A stretch of 64,000 nucleotides of DNA, taken from contig NIVC01001232.1 in NCBI GenBank assembly GCA_002269645.1, positions 128,599-192,598 on the forward strand, given 5' to 3'. Shown here in pieces: positions 12,791 to 23,858 of this stretch. This DNA is from Macrostomum lignano (taxonomy: Eukaryota). Below the pieces are notes generated by a model. It ran no database searches. It was not told where the DNA came from and was given only the letters and a program-made list of their open reading frames with translations. Position 1 is the stretch's first letter; each line of letters begins with the position of its first letter. The position numbers and the translations under genes are program-made.

Positions 12791-13702
12791 AATAAATAGA
12801 TAAAACTAATGGGTAAGCAAAAATGTTTACAGGAGGATCTAATTACAAGTGGACGATGGGGGATGAACGCAGTCAAAATAGTAGCCGAAGGAGAAAATAT
12901 ATATGTTTAGCAGAGAGGCAAATTACAGTTTGAGAAAATTGGGACCAAAGTAAAGCGCTGCCTTAAATACGACAAAATTTCACCCGCCGCTGGAGAAGGT
13001 TTCCAAACACGGGCCACGGGGGACGTCCATCACCCCGCTTGTACTCTATGGCGGGCACACACGGAGGTGGGGTAGGTGACAAATAGTAGAGTCATAAAAC
13101 AGATAGTTAACCGCGGCAGCAGTAGGGGGGTCCAAATTGAATGAAATCAGGGCACCTTAAACGGCTCACATAAAAGGGGTCGGCTGTTAGAAAAACTGAA
13201 TAAAGCGTAAACAGTAACAACTAGAAAGGATAGAAAAATAAAGGAGCAATTGGCGGGCTCCTTCATACTAAGATAAAATTTAATAGGATAGGTTAGCAAC
13301 CGATATTATCATGTGGGGGCTCCATAAGGAGTTATAGGAACAGGGGCATGCAAAAGGCACTAGGAAAGGGAGCCAAATTAGCAGCCCCTAAAATGTTCCC
13401 AGGCTCAAACAAAATCAAACAAAGAAAAAGGGTCAAGTCCTCAAATGGCCTCCGCTGAGGACAAGGCCTGGATCCGGGGCGCTTGACCTAAACGGGGCAT
13501 AGAAAGCTTGGCCCATGAGCAGCGGGCTCACAAATAGCAGAGAGAGGGGGGGAATACTTCTGCACTTTGATGGCGTGCGGAGAAGTTTACAATTCAATCG
13601 GATGCGCAGAAATCAATTGAAATTGCTAAATGATTTTACTGTATTGCATTGACTAAATATCACATATTGACGCATTGGATAAATATAATCGCATTGGTGC
13701 GA

Positions 13703-14135
13703 GCTTTTGCCAGAAAGCTTAAGGATAAATAGAGAAAGCATGCGGGTGCTGAATTTAATGTAACGCATGGGGCTAACAAAATTGAGCACTATACAAGAGC
13801 ACAGAGAATATGCACTGCTTTTACCTGAAAGCATAAGGAGAAGGGCAAAATAACAGCAATTGATACCTGCTTTTGTCCTGGAAAGCATAAGGCATTGGCA
13901 GAATTGAAAATTAACAACTGCTTTTGACCCTCAGGCATAAGGAAAGTACATTGAAATTAAAATTAGCGCTTGCTTTTAGCCTGAAAGCATAAGGAGAAAT
14001 GACAACTGCTTTTAACCCTCAAGCATAAGGAAAGTATATTGAAATTAAAATTAGTGCTTGCTTTTATCCTGAAAGCATAAGGAAGCAGCAAAATTGAAAA
14101 ATGACGCCTGCTTGTATCCCAAAAGCATAAGGAAA
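13703..14135. repeat. Degenerate tandem array of 8 hairpin-bearing units inside the Gypsy 3' region
   Basis: Core GCTT(T)-N6-9-(A)AAGC-ATAAGGA starts at 13703, 13817, 13869, 13920, 13972, 14008, 14060 and 14110. Confidence 0.85.
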
Positions 14136-14308
14136 TAGCAAAAATTGAAAAAAATGAACTTTAAAAAATCTGCTTTCAGCACAGAGCGGGTGCCGAGAAA
14201 GCTTACAGCAAACTAAAATTGAAAACGCGTTCGCATAGGTGACTACTGACAGTAATGCGCATCAAAAGTTTGCAACTCGGCGCAATATCAAATTCGTTGG
14301 TAATTACC

Positions 14309-17300
14309 TTAGATCTCCAGCTCCATGCCGATGTCGGGCAGATCCGGGTCACCTTTAGGCAGCACTTCCAGATGGCGGAGGCTCGGCTCAAACAATTGGC
14401 TGCCGCGCAGGTCAGGCTGAGCTGTGACCAGCTGTTCGGTAGCGGGCTGATCGGCTGGGTCAACTTCGCTCTCGTCACTAGACTCGTAGGGTAGCATTGG
14501 CCGCTCTGTCTGACGCAGCGGCTCCTGCAGTCTGTCGGCCATCATCTGTGGCACCTTGATGATGTTGTTGCGGTGTACAAGCATTTTGGCGGGGCGTCCA
14601 CATTGGGCTATTGCTGGCTGGATCCAGTAGGCTACTTTGCCAACCTTTCTGCTGACCTTGTACATGCTTTTGTACAGCCGGTGGAACTTTGGCAATTCGC
14701 CCAACTCGAGCTTCAGGTTGGCTAAGCAGACCAGGTCTCCAGGCTGCAGTTTCACGGGCTTAGGCTGGTTCCCGTAGTACTCTTCGCGGCGTTGAATCTC
14801 AGCTCGCAGTCGTTGTCGCACAATCCTCTCAGTCTCGGCCAGTCTGCGCTGGTGCTTTGCAATGTACTCGGGGAGGTCCGGCGATACGTCCAGGTGGTCT
14901 AGGGTGTTATCGATTGGGTAGCGATAGGGCACTCCATAGATGACATAGTGCGGCGAGAATCCCGTCGTGCAGTTTAAAGCTGATCGCAGGGCTGTCAAGG
15001 CGGCTGGCAGCATCTTGTCCCACTGTTGATGATCTTCGAGGAGACAAGTGAGCACCTTCTTGATGTTTTTATTGCACGATTCAGCTTGTCCGTTGGCCCA
15101 GGGCGAGTATGGCGGCATTGTGGTTTGTCGGATGCCATAGACCTCACAGAAATGCCGAAACTCATGCCCAGTGAACTGCTTGCCTTGATCCGAATGGATC
15201 CTCGCGGGGATTCCAGTGATCGGGAAGACTTGTTCCTGCAGCAGAGTTATGATTGTCTTGCCCCGCTGATTCTTCATGACGAAGGCGAATGGATACTTTG
15301 ACGTCGTGTCGACGTAGGTGAGGATGTACTTGTTGCCTCGGTCTGTCGGGTCTCCAGTGGGGCCCATGATGTCGATCGCACATTGCCCATAGATTTCGCA
15401 GACTGGAAATGATTGTACATGCGCTAGGATGCGTCGCCGTCCTTTGCTCTGAGTGCAGGTCTGGCAAGAAGCAACATAGTCAGACACAGCCTTGGCCAGG
15501 GCCAGTCGCCAGAATCTTTCGCACACTTTCGCAATGGTGAGATCTCGCCCCATGTGTCCGCAGTAGGGAGAACCATGCAGGTCGGCGAACACAGCTGCGT
15601 CGAGACTCTTTGGCAGGACGATCCTCGCTTTATCCTCCTCGCCAACATCGTTGAGATGAATGACTAATAGTCTGTCATCTTGGACTTCCAATTGCTCATA
15701 GAATGCTAGGAGATTTCTCTCATCTCTCGTCAGATTCAAAGGCTGATTTAGCGGCAGCTTTGGTTATTGACTTTCAATTAGGTTGATCATCATCGCGATG
15801 GCGGAGTCAGCTCGCTGATGGGTCTGGAGCTCCTCACGTGTGACTGGTCTCGGGATGTGATCAGTTAAGTTCAATGTTTGGTGTCGGTTAGTCGGATTAG
15901 TCAAATTTGTCGGCGCAGCTTCGGCTGTGGTGGCATGGTTCGGGGTCTGGAACTCCCTCCGCATAATCGCTACTCTGGCCGGTTGCCGGGTCGGTGAAGA
16001 ATTTGAAGGCCAATCCTCGTCGGTCGCGTCGGCATCACTGTCGACATTAGATTCATCAGCAGATGAGGGTGAGTCAGCAATACTGTCGGTGTCGAGGCTG
16101 AATCTCACTTTCTTGAATACAAGACAGCGAGCGGGTTGGTAGCGGTCGTCGTTGGCTGCGCTGTGGTCGCTGTCCTTGTCGCCTCTAGCTAGTAGACGGC
16201 GGCTCCTTGACAGGCAACATGTTGTGCTGCTAAAGCTGGTGGGCGACCTCTGAGAGTCTCGCAGACGGCTAGCTGATGGCCTCGGCTTCGTCGCCGGCGG
16301 GTGCAGCACTGTCAGCGACTTGCTGTCGGCTGTTGATGTTGCTGGCAGTGTAGCCTCGCCGTCGGACTCTTTCGGCTTCGTCGGCGGCTTTCGTCGGTGA
16401 CGGCGGGTCGATTGCTTCTTGCTTGGTGGAGGACTAGGGTGGCTGCTGTCGGGGACCTTCGGCGCCGCTGCGCCAGTTATCGCGGCTGGCTGCTTACTTT
16501 GGTCCTCATCAGCTGCCTCGCGCTGAGCCTCCTTAATGCATTCGGCGTCGTCCTCGGGCTGTCGCAAGAGACCATTGGCGTTCTGATGCTGGCTCGACTT
16601 TTGATGCTGGATCTCGAACTCGAATTCACTGAGGCGCTGTAGCCATCGTCCAAAAATTCCTACTTGCTAAGTTCGTTGGAGAATCCAGGTTAAAGTGGCA
16701 TGATCAGTTTGGCAGATGAACTTCTTGGCTAGCAGGTAGAATCTGAAATGTCGCATTCCATCTACGACTGCCAAGAGCTCTTGCTTGGTAATCGGATACC
16801 GGGCTTTGGCCAGTTTGAGTCGCCAGGAAAAATAGCCAATTGGTCACTCAACTCTATCCACTTGGCGTTGGCTCAGGCAGGCTCCGATTCTGGTCACAGA
16901 AGCATCCGTGTCCAGGACAAATATTACATTCGGATCTTCGCTAAACTGCGGATATGCGAGCACTGATGTTGAAGTCATAGCTGCCTTGAGCTGGTCAAAC
17001 GCGTCTTGCTGGGCTTTTCCCCATAGACAATTGAAATTTCAGATCTTCTTCTCCTTAATCAAATTGTGGAGCGGAGCAGCAAGTTCTGCGTAGCCAGGTA
17101 CAAATTTAGCATAGTAAGCGCACGTGCAGACAAAACTTTTAAGTTGGCGAGCTGTCCTTGGTCTTGGCCAGGTTTTAATCGCTTTGATCTTAGCTGGGTC
17201 TGTCTTGAATCCATCTTTTGTTACCACATGTCCCAGATAGTTTAGACTTGCCCAAGATAAATGGCACTTCTTGCCTTTGAACTTGAGATTAGCTTCTTGG

Positions 17301-18901
17301 ACCCATTTGAAAACTTCTTTTATATGTTGTAGATGGTCGTTGAATTTCTTAGAATAGATGATTACGTCATCCAGATAGGCTATTGCACTTTTGTAGGCAA
17401 TCCCATTGAGTACAGCATTCATGAGGCGCATGAAGCTGGCTGGCGCTGAACTTAGTCCCATAGGCATGACGTTGTAGGCGAATTGTCCGCGGTGCAGCGT
17501 AGCAAAGGCAGTCAGATCTTGATCTTCTAGACGCAGCGGAATCTGATAGTAGCCGCTATTGAGGTCGAATGTGCTGAATAGCTGGCTTCCCTTGAGGCTG
17601 GCAAATGCTTCTTGGATGTTAGGAATCGGGTATGGAAAATATTCGCACTTCTGATTCAGACTCCGAAAATCTTGCACAATCCGCAGGCTGCCGTCCATCT
17701 TCAAGATGATCACCAGCGGGGTGTTGTAGCTGGAGAAGCTTGGTCGAATCACGCCTTTGGCCAGGAGATCGTTGAGTAGCTGATCCACTTTGGGCAGAAG
17801 ATGCGGTGGGATCCGGCGAGTCGGCAGATGCACCGGATTCGTGTCCTTTAGCACAATACTGTAGATGACCAGATGAGTTCGGCCAAGATCGTGTGGCCCC
17901 TGAGAGAAGATGGTCTTGTACTTCTTCAATAGCTCGATGACTTGAGCATGCTGGTCATTGGACAGATCTTCGCTGATGTCAATCTCCTTGATCCAAGCAT
18001 CAGGATCTTTGTCTTGGATTTGATTGACCGAGTCTTCTGGCTTCAGCAGCGGGAAGAACTGTAACTCGGGCAGTCTGATAGGTCTAGCAATCCCAACTAA
18101 GGCATTCGCTTGTACTTTGATCGATGTTGTTCCTCGATTAATCATTTCGATAGCGCCTTCTCCATTAGCCATAGAGATCAGGGCAGGCGCGGCGTCTAGA
18201 TGCTGCACATCTTCTTCGCGCCGAGCTGGTTTTAGCGGCTCAATCACAGCGGGTGTACCCTGGTTTTCTTCTCGTCCTTTTGCTAGCTTAATTTTAATTT
18301 GGGCTGATGATAGCGGTGGCACAGTAGTGCTCTCGGCTGTGTAGATTCTGCACGTGGTGGCCTCAGTTTGCGTGTAGCGAAGCAGTATGGCAGTGCTGTC
18401 CTTGAAGAACAGCATCTCGGCGGCGAGATCCAGGGAGTTGCTGTACTTCTCCAGGAACTCGAAGCGCAGGATGTTGTCATGCGACCCCTTTGCTAGCAGA
18501 AACTTGACTGTAGGCTCAAAATTACCAATCTTTACTTTAATAGAAAGCTGGCCTGCCATTTGAATAGGCTCTCCATTGTAGGTCACGATACATTGCAGGC
18601 AGGGCTCGATTTGGCCACGCAGGGTCGGGTTGTCGGTACATAGTCAGTGCCAGGTGCTGAAGCCTAGGACTTCGCACTTGGAACCGGTGTCAAGTAAAAA
18701 AGCAAAATAGCGGCCCTGAATCTCACCAGTTAGAAACAGGTCTCTCCGAGGTCGCTTGGGTGCAAATGGCTGTACAGGTGCAGCAGAGGCAGTCTCAGCA
18801 GTGGCCTGCTGAGCGACTAATGTCTGCGGCAGGGACTTTAGTGCTGGCTTGGCTGCTGGATGGCGCTGCCCCCGATGGCGCGTCCAGCCGTCCCGTTTCC
18901 C
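14309..18901 (-). pseudogene. pol: Gypsy pol (PR-RT-RNaseH-linker-IN) in one frame with five in-frame stops
   Basis: Motifs LLDTGS (PR), YLDD (RT), VLDTDAS (RH), HHCC, DDE core (AIDIMGP, IHSDQGKQF, NGQAESCNK). ORFs 18644-19099, 17039-18586, 15764-16567 and 14309-15739 share one frame, with stops at 18646, 17041, 16846, 16669 and 15766. Confidence 0.93.
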
Positions 18902-20304
18902 GAGCTGCTGTTGTGCTGGGGCGTGGTGCTGGCCAACCGTCGGTGCGGGCATTCGTCGGCGTGATGCTCGCGGTTGCACCGGTAGCACATCGCATTCTGC
19001 CGTCGCAGCTGATAAGGCGGCGGCCTTGAACTTGATTGTTGCTGCTGTGGCCACTGCTGCTGCGGCTGCTGCGGCTGTTGCAGCTGCTGATGTCAACATT
19101 GACCTCCTGCTGGTGGCGTTCTCGGTGGCGGGTTGCTGCCATCGCGTGGTTGCTGAAGTCGCTGGAACTGGTCATTTTGCACAATTTGTGTGCTGGGCGT
19201 CGTAAACTGAGCGCTTCTATCGGCGCTGCGGCGAGGAGTCGAAGGCACCAAACATCTGGAGCGTTAGCCCCACGAGTCCCGCGGCTGGTGACAAGGTTCC
19301 CATGGCTCTGGGGCGTCATTATCGCGCGATCCCCGCGAGTAGAACTCTCGCATCTCATTGCTCAATGTCTCTAATAGGCATCGCTGCTCTTGCAGAGTCT
19401 CGGCTTGTTGTTCCATGACCTCACGCAACCAGTTCTCCTTGGGCTGAGATGACTTGGCATCGTGTTGCACTGCAGTGGGCATCTGACTGTCATCATCTTC
19501 CAGGACCCGGACGTGTCTCGTTGCTGGCGGCGGTGCTACACGCTGAGCCAGACTAGCTGCTGTCTCCAGGCGTAGCACGGCCCGTCTCGCTGTGGTCAGA
19601 TTTGGCGGTCGCACCAGGATGAGCTGTTCTCGGGCCGACTGAGCTATCCGCACTCCCACAGTGAATTGATCCACCAGTTCAGCCTGCTTTTGAACTGGGG
19701 TAAAATGCGGGAATGCTCGATCGGCCAGAGCAATTAGTCGGTCGCCGTAGTTGTCCACACTCTCGTTCTTGCCTTGCTGGCAGCTTTGGAATTGCTCCCG
19801 GTACTCCAGCGTGTCGGCGACATGTGTAAAACGTTCAGACAATTGTTGTTTGAACTCACCAAATGTAAGATTCTCTGGCAGTTCCATCCTGACGACTGCG
19901 TGGTAGGCTGTGGCGATGTCCAAATTCACGAGGACCTCCGCCTTTTGTCTGTCGTCATTGATCCCGTTGAGCTCGCATCGCTCTTCGAGAGCCTTGATCC
20001 AGACGTCAAATTCCTGGTTGGGCGTGTACCGCTGAATCTTGACCGGCTTCGGCGCCGGAGCTCGATCCGGCTGCTGGGGCTGCTGATACACGTGATGATG
20101 GTGTCGCGGCTGGCCTAGGCTGGTCTGCTCCAGTCGCCAACGCACCTCCTCAGTCACCACCCAAATCATCTCGTCGTAGGTCAGTCGTGGTGTTGAATTG
20201 TCGGGGCCTGCGGCGTCAGCTGTCGCGTCCGCGGCCGTTGGATCAGTAGTTGAAGCCATAGTATAGCGCTTGAAAGACTCGTTGAAGGGGTTTCGGTGTT
20301 TCAT
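18838..20304 (-). pseudogene. gag: Gypsy gag with two in-frame stops
   Basis: Capsid-like FDVWIKALEERCELNG...FQSCQQGKNESVDNYGDRL. Reading through TAA (19266) and TGA (19095) in the same frame gives a Q/P-rich segment and the zinc knuckle CYRCNREHHADEC, ending at TAA 18840. Likely start is MASTT at 20259. Confidence 0.85.
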
Positions 20305-20327
20305 AATCCCACTTAGCTGACCACTAG

Positions 20328-21389
20328 TGAGGTGGGGGTGGAGAAATTAATTCTTGGAATACTCGGTTTCAATAACTTGCTGACACCAGTGAGGTGGGGG
20401 CAGATTCCTCATTTGAATTTCTGGCGAAATGTTGAGTTTGCACGAATAAACCAGAAAATCGCGCAGACAAAACTCAACAAGAAAATTTCTCCTTTTCTCC
20501 GACTGCCAGGTTCTCAAGTCCGGGGGGAGGGTAGTTGTATCGTAGCGGAGCGGTCGTGTAGTGGCGCGGTCGTTCAAAGCGATGAAGCACCGGAGATTTT
20601 CTGACTCCGTAAACTGATGCGTAGGGTTGTCAAGCTGATTACTTTCAATAGGATAGTTGCTGCCACCACCGTAATTTACATATTACGGAACAATAAGTCT
20701 CAGAGCCTTCTTTGAGATGAGTACTTGGTTATTTTATGCCCCACGGGCAAATGACTTAAGATATACTATAACTTTGGATATTGAATAGATATTAAAAAAT
20801 TAGAGTTACTAAGTTTATTAAGTTGAATTAAGTTTATTAAAGCAGGCTTAATAAGCAAACATTAAATATTAATTAATGACGAACAACTTCGATGAAGACG
20901 GGGGTGTGACTTAAAACACAAGATACAAGATAACAGAAATAAAAGTAAGAGAAAGCGTTAAGGACTCTAAACAAGGAAAACTAAACTTAAACACAAGCCT
21001 AAACAAAACTTAAAACGCCAAGAAAACACAAACAAAAGGAGGGGAAAGGAGAGGGAAAGGGAGAATAAAACCTCATGCAAAATTCATCGCGAGTTATATA
21101 GGCAAAAGGGGCTTGGACCACACGGTATGGCCAAGGAGTGGACATGCATTGGGGCAAAAATACATGGAGAAGGACATGAGATGGTGCGGCATATCCAACA
21201 CTTAAAAAAAAACAAAATTAAAAGAGAAATCCCGCCACATGCAACAAAATACATGGAACGGGGCGAAGACACACCGCAACGAGAGTGATGCAAAACCAAA
21301 GCCAGGGAACTCCACGTGCGCCACATTCATGTCCCAAAGTTCAATTTCATCAAATCTGATCAATTCTTCGTGGCAACTCGCCTGCCACA
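20328..21389 (-). repeat. 5' LTR of the Gypsy element (1062 bp)
   Basis: Followed on the minus strand by a PBS-like TGGTCAGCTAAGTGGGATT (20323-20305) and then gag. Confidence 0.95.
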
Positions 21390-23858
21390 ATACCAACCCA
21401 AACTTTTATAGAAATTTAAATTAGCTTTAGTTGAAAGCATTTTCAAAATACAATGCTTGTACAAATTATCTATGTATTGCTTTATCTTCTACAAAACAAT
21501 TTGCTAATGCATTTACATAAATTATTGTTGAAATGACTTAATTATAAAAATAATAGAGAAACTCTTATTTATAATATATTTATCAGCTTTACTACAATTT
21601 TGGTATAGCTTTTTGCTTAACCAATTTCTATGCCAATATCGTTTTTAGCTTTTTTATCATATATCTATCGACAAAAATTATTTGCTACCTAGCAAATCTA
21701 CCTAGCATTAGTAGATAGGTCCATAGCAACTGGTAAATATGCTAGTAGATATATTGGCAAATAGAATGAAAGAAAAATAGCTGTTATACTTACTAGCAAA
21801 ATGAAGATATAAGTTATCAAGACCTATGTACAAATGCATATACATAGGTTTGCTAATTAAAAAAACAATTTCTATTAATATTGAACATTGTTTAATGTTT
21901 AGTATTTTTTTATAAAACTTTGCCTGTTATTGACTCTTGACCATGTACCATGCAACTTCAAAAATTGATTCTAATCATACACATTTATATGAAAGTCAGT
22001 TTTCTCGCATTTTGTTTCTGATTTTCACTTTCCATTATAATTGCACTAGTACTACCATTGGATAATTGTATCACTGTCTATTGTCATTATAGTTATATTG
22101 CCACTGGATGATATAGTGTCCCTGTCTATTACTATTATAGTTGCATTGCCACTAGATGATATAGTATCATTGTCTATGGCCATTTTAAATGTACTAGCAC
22201 TGACTAAAACTAGATATTAATGCAAATTAGAAAAAAGGCTATATATGACTTCCAACTGCCAAGTAGCTCTTTATTTTAAAGAAATATTAGATTTTTAGTG
22301 TAAAGATAATTATCTTTGCTAGAGACAAGTGAAATATTTCATAAAAATAAAAAGGCACATTGTGCAAACAATTATAGTTTAGAGCCTTAATATCTAGCCT
22401 AGAGAGCAGCACAACAAAGAACCTCTTATCAAGAGAAAATTGATGAAAGCTAGCAAGAGAGAATGTAAGAGCTACCACTTAAATAGAGCTACTGCATAAA
22501 AATCTTTAGCAGGTAGAGGAATGCCATTGCATACAAAAGGATAAAATAAGAATATATATCCCTTGCACTAACCCTATATGCCTTAATGTAAACCAAGGTA
22601 ATTTTGTCTTGTCAGGGTTTATATTTATGTATGCATGTATAAGGGGAAACAAGTGGCCAAAAGCACACAACATAAGATAGATAGTCTTGAGTGCACAAGT
22701 GCAAGGACAAAAAAGAAAAAAGTACAATTAAAGCTTTATTGCATAAATAACAATAGCTATAGCTAAATAGCTAAACCAGACAAGGGAAATGGCTGCTAGC
22801 CAAAGTAAGTTGCAAAATTAAAAACAAAAATAAAAAATTAGAGGAAGAAAAGAAAGGAAGAGAAAAGGAAAAGAAAGGAGGGAGAAGAGAGAGAAAGAGA
22901 AAGGGAAAAGAGGAGAGAGAATAAGAAAGAAAAGAAAAGAGAAAAAGGCAAGAAAAGTAATATACAAAGTGAAAATTAAGTCACAATTAGGGGAACTAAG
23001 TTGCAATCAAGAGGAACTAAGTCACAATTGGGAGGAACTTAGTCGCAAATCTGGACAAAACTAAATCACACTGGATGGGTGAAATTTTGAGGTTGGGCAT
23101 GTATGCCTCAAATTATATTGTAATGCTAAAAGACAAATACAATGGAGCCAGTTAGTTTTTCCTCAAATCTGTCTCTTTCAGTGCTAGTGTAGTCCATTAA
23201 TAATCAGTTTAAATACATTTTCTAGTTTTTAATATTTCTAAAATTAAGTTTTAACTTTCAGAGTACTTTTGACAGAGTCTGCAATCTAAAAACATTTACC
23301 CCAAGATTCAGTAGATTGCAATACTGACTACAGTAGATTGCAGGCAAACAATATTATTTTGTTGATGGAAATTGGATTCCATCCAATCCATTCCATTATT
23401 TCCATTATTTCATGTTAGAAATTGAGGGTTTCTCTTTTAGTCTAGTTATTTGGATCAGAGGGTCATAACTCACTCTAATAGATATTCTGCCCAAGGTAAT
23501 TTCTTAGATAGTGAATCTAGGCACCTTGTTAACTAAATATTGCTTAGATATAAACTGGGTGTTGTCTAGGCAGAACAAATTTTTTCTTGCTGGCAGCCTG
23601 TATATTTATAGTAATATTTGTGCTATTTTAAACAAATTAACATAATTTTTACAATATTTACAAATTTTAATACTGTGCACATTAAAACAAATTTTAAGGA
23701 AATTAAACAAACAAGCTTTTTCTTAGAAATGAATCTGAAAATAAACTGGCTTTTTGCACAAGAAAGCTCTTGATATCTTGTGCGCTGTGCTTGAGCATAA
23801 CTTGCTCCCATGTAGCATTTAGTGCCCCTGTTAAACTGAGTAATTTCTACATTCAATT

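Larger units (their letters stand above)
10922..21389 (-). mobile_element. Full-length but decayed Ty3/Gypsy LTR retrotransposon, 10.5 kb
   Basis: Direct repeats 10922-11970 and 20328-21389 read TG...CA on the minus strand. A 4-bp target-site duplication ATAC lies at 10918-10921 and 21390-21393. Domain order is gag-PR-RT-RH-IN. Confidence 0.97.

Noticed and set aside
13703-14135. CRISPR-like repeat-spacer appearance
   Set aside because: Eukaryotic retrotransposon context, spacers related to each other, variable repeats and no cas genes; kept only as a hairpin array.
23580-23760. AT-rich segment similar to about 59180-59350
   Set aside because: Probably an old diverged interspersed repeat; no termini or TSD could be defined, so it was not annotated.
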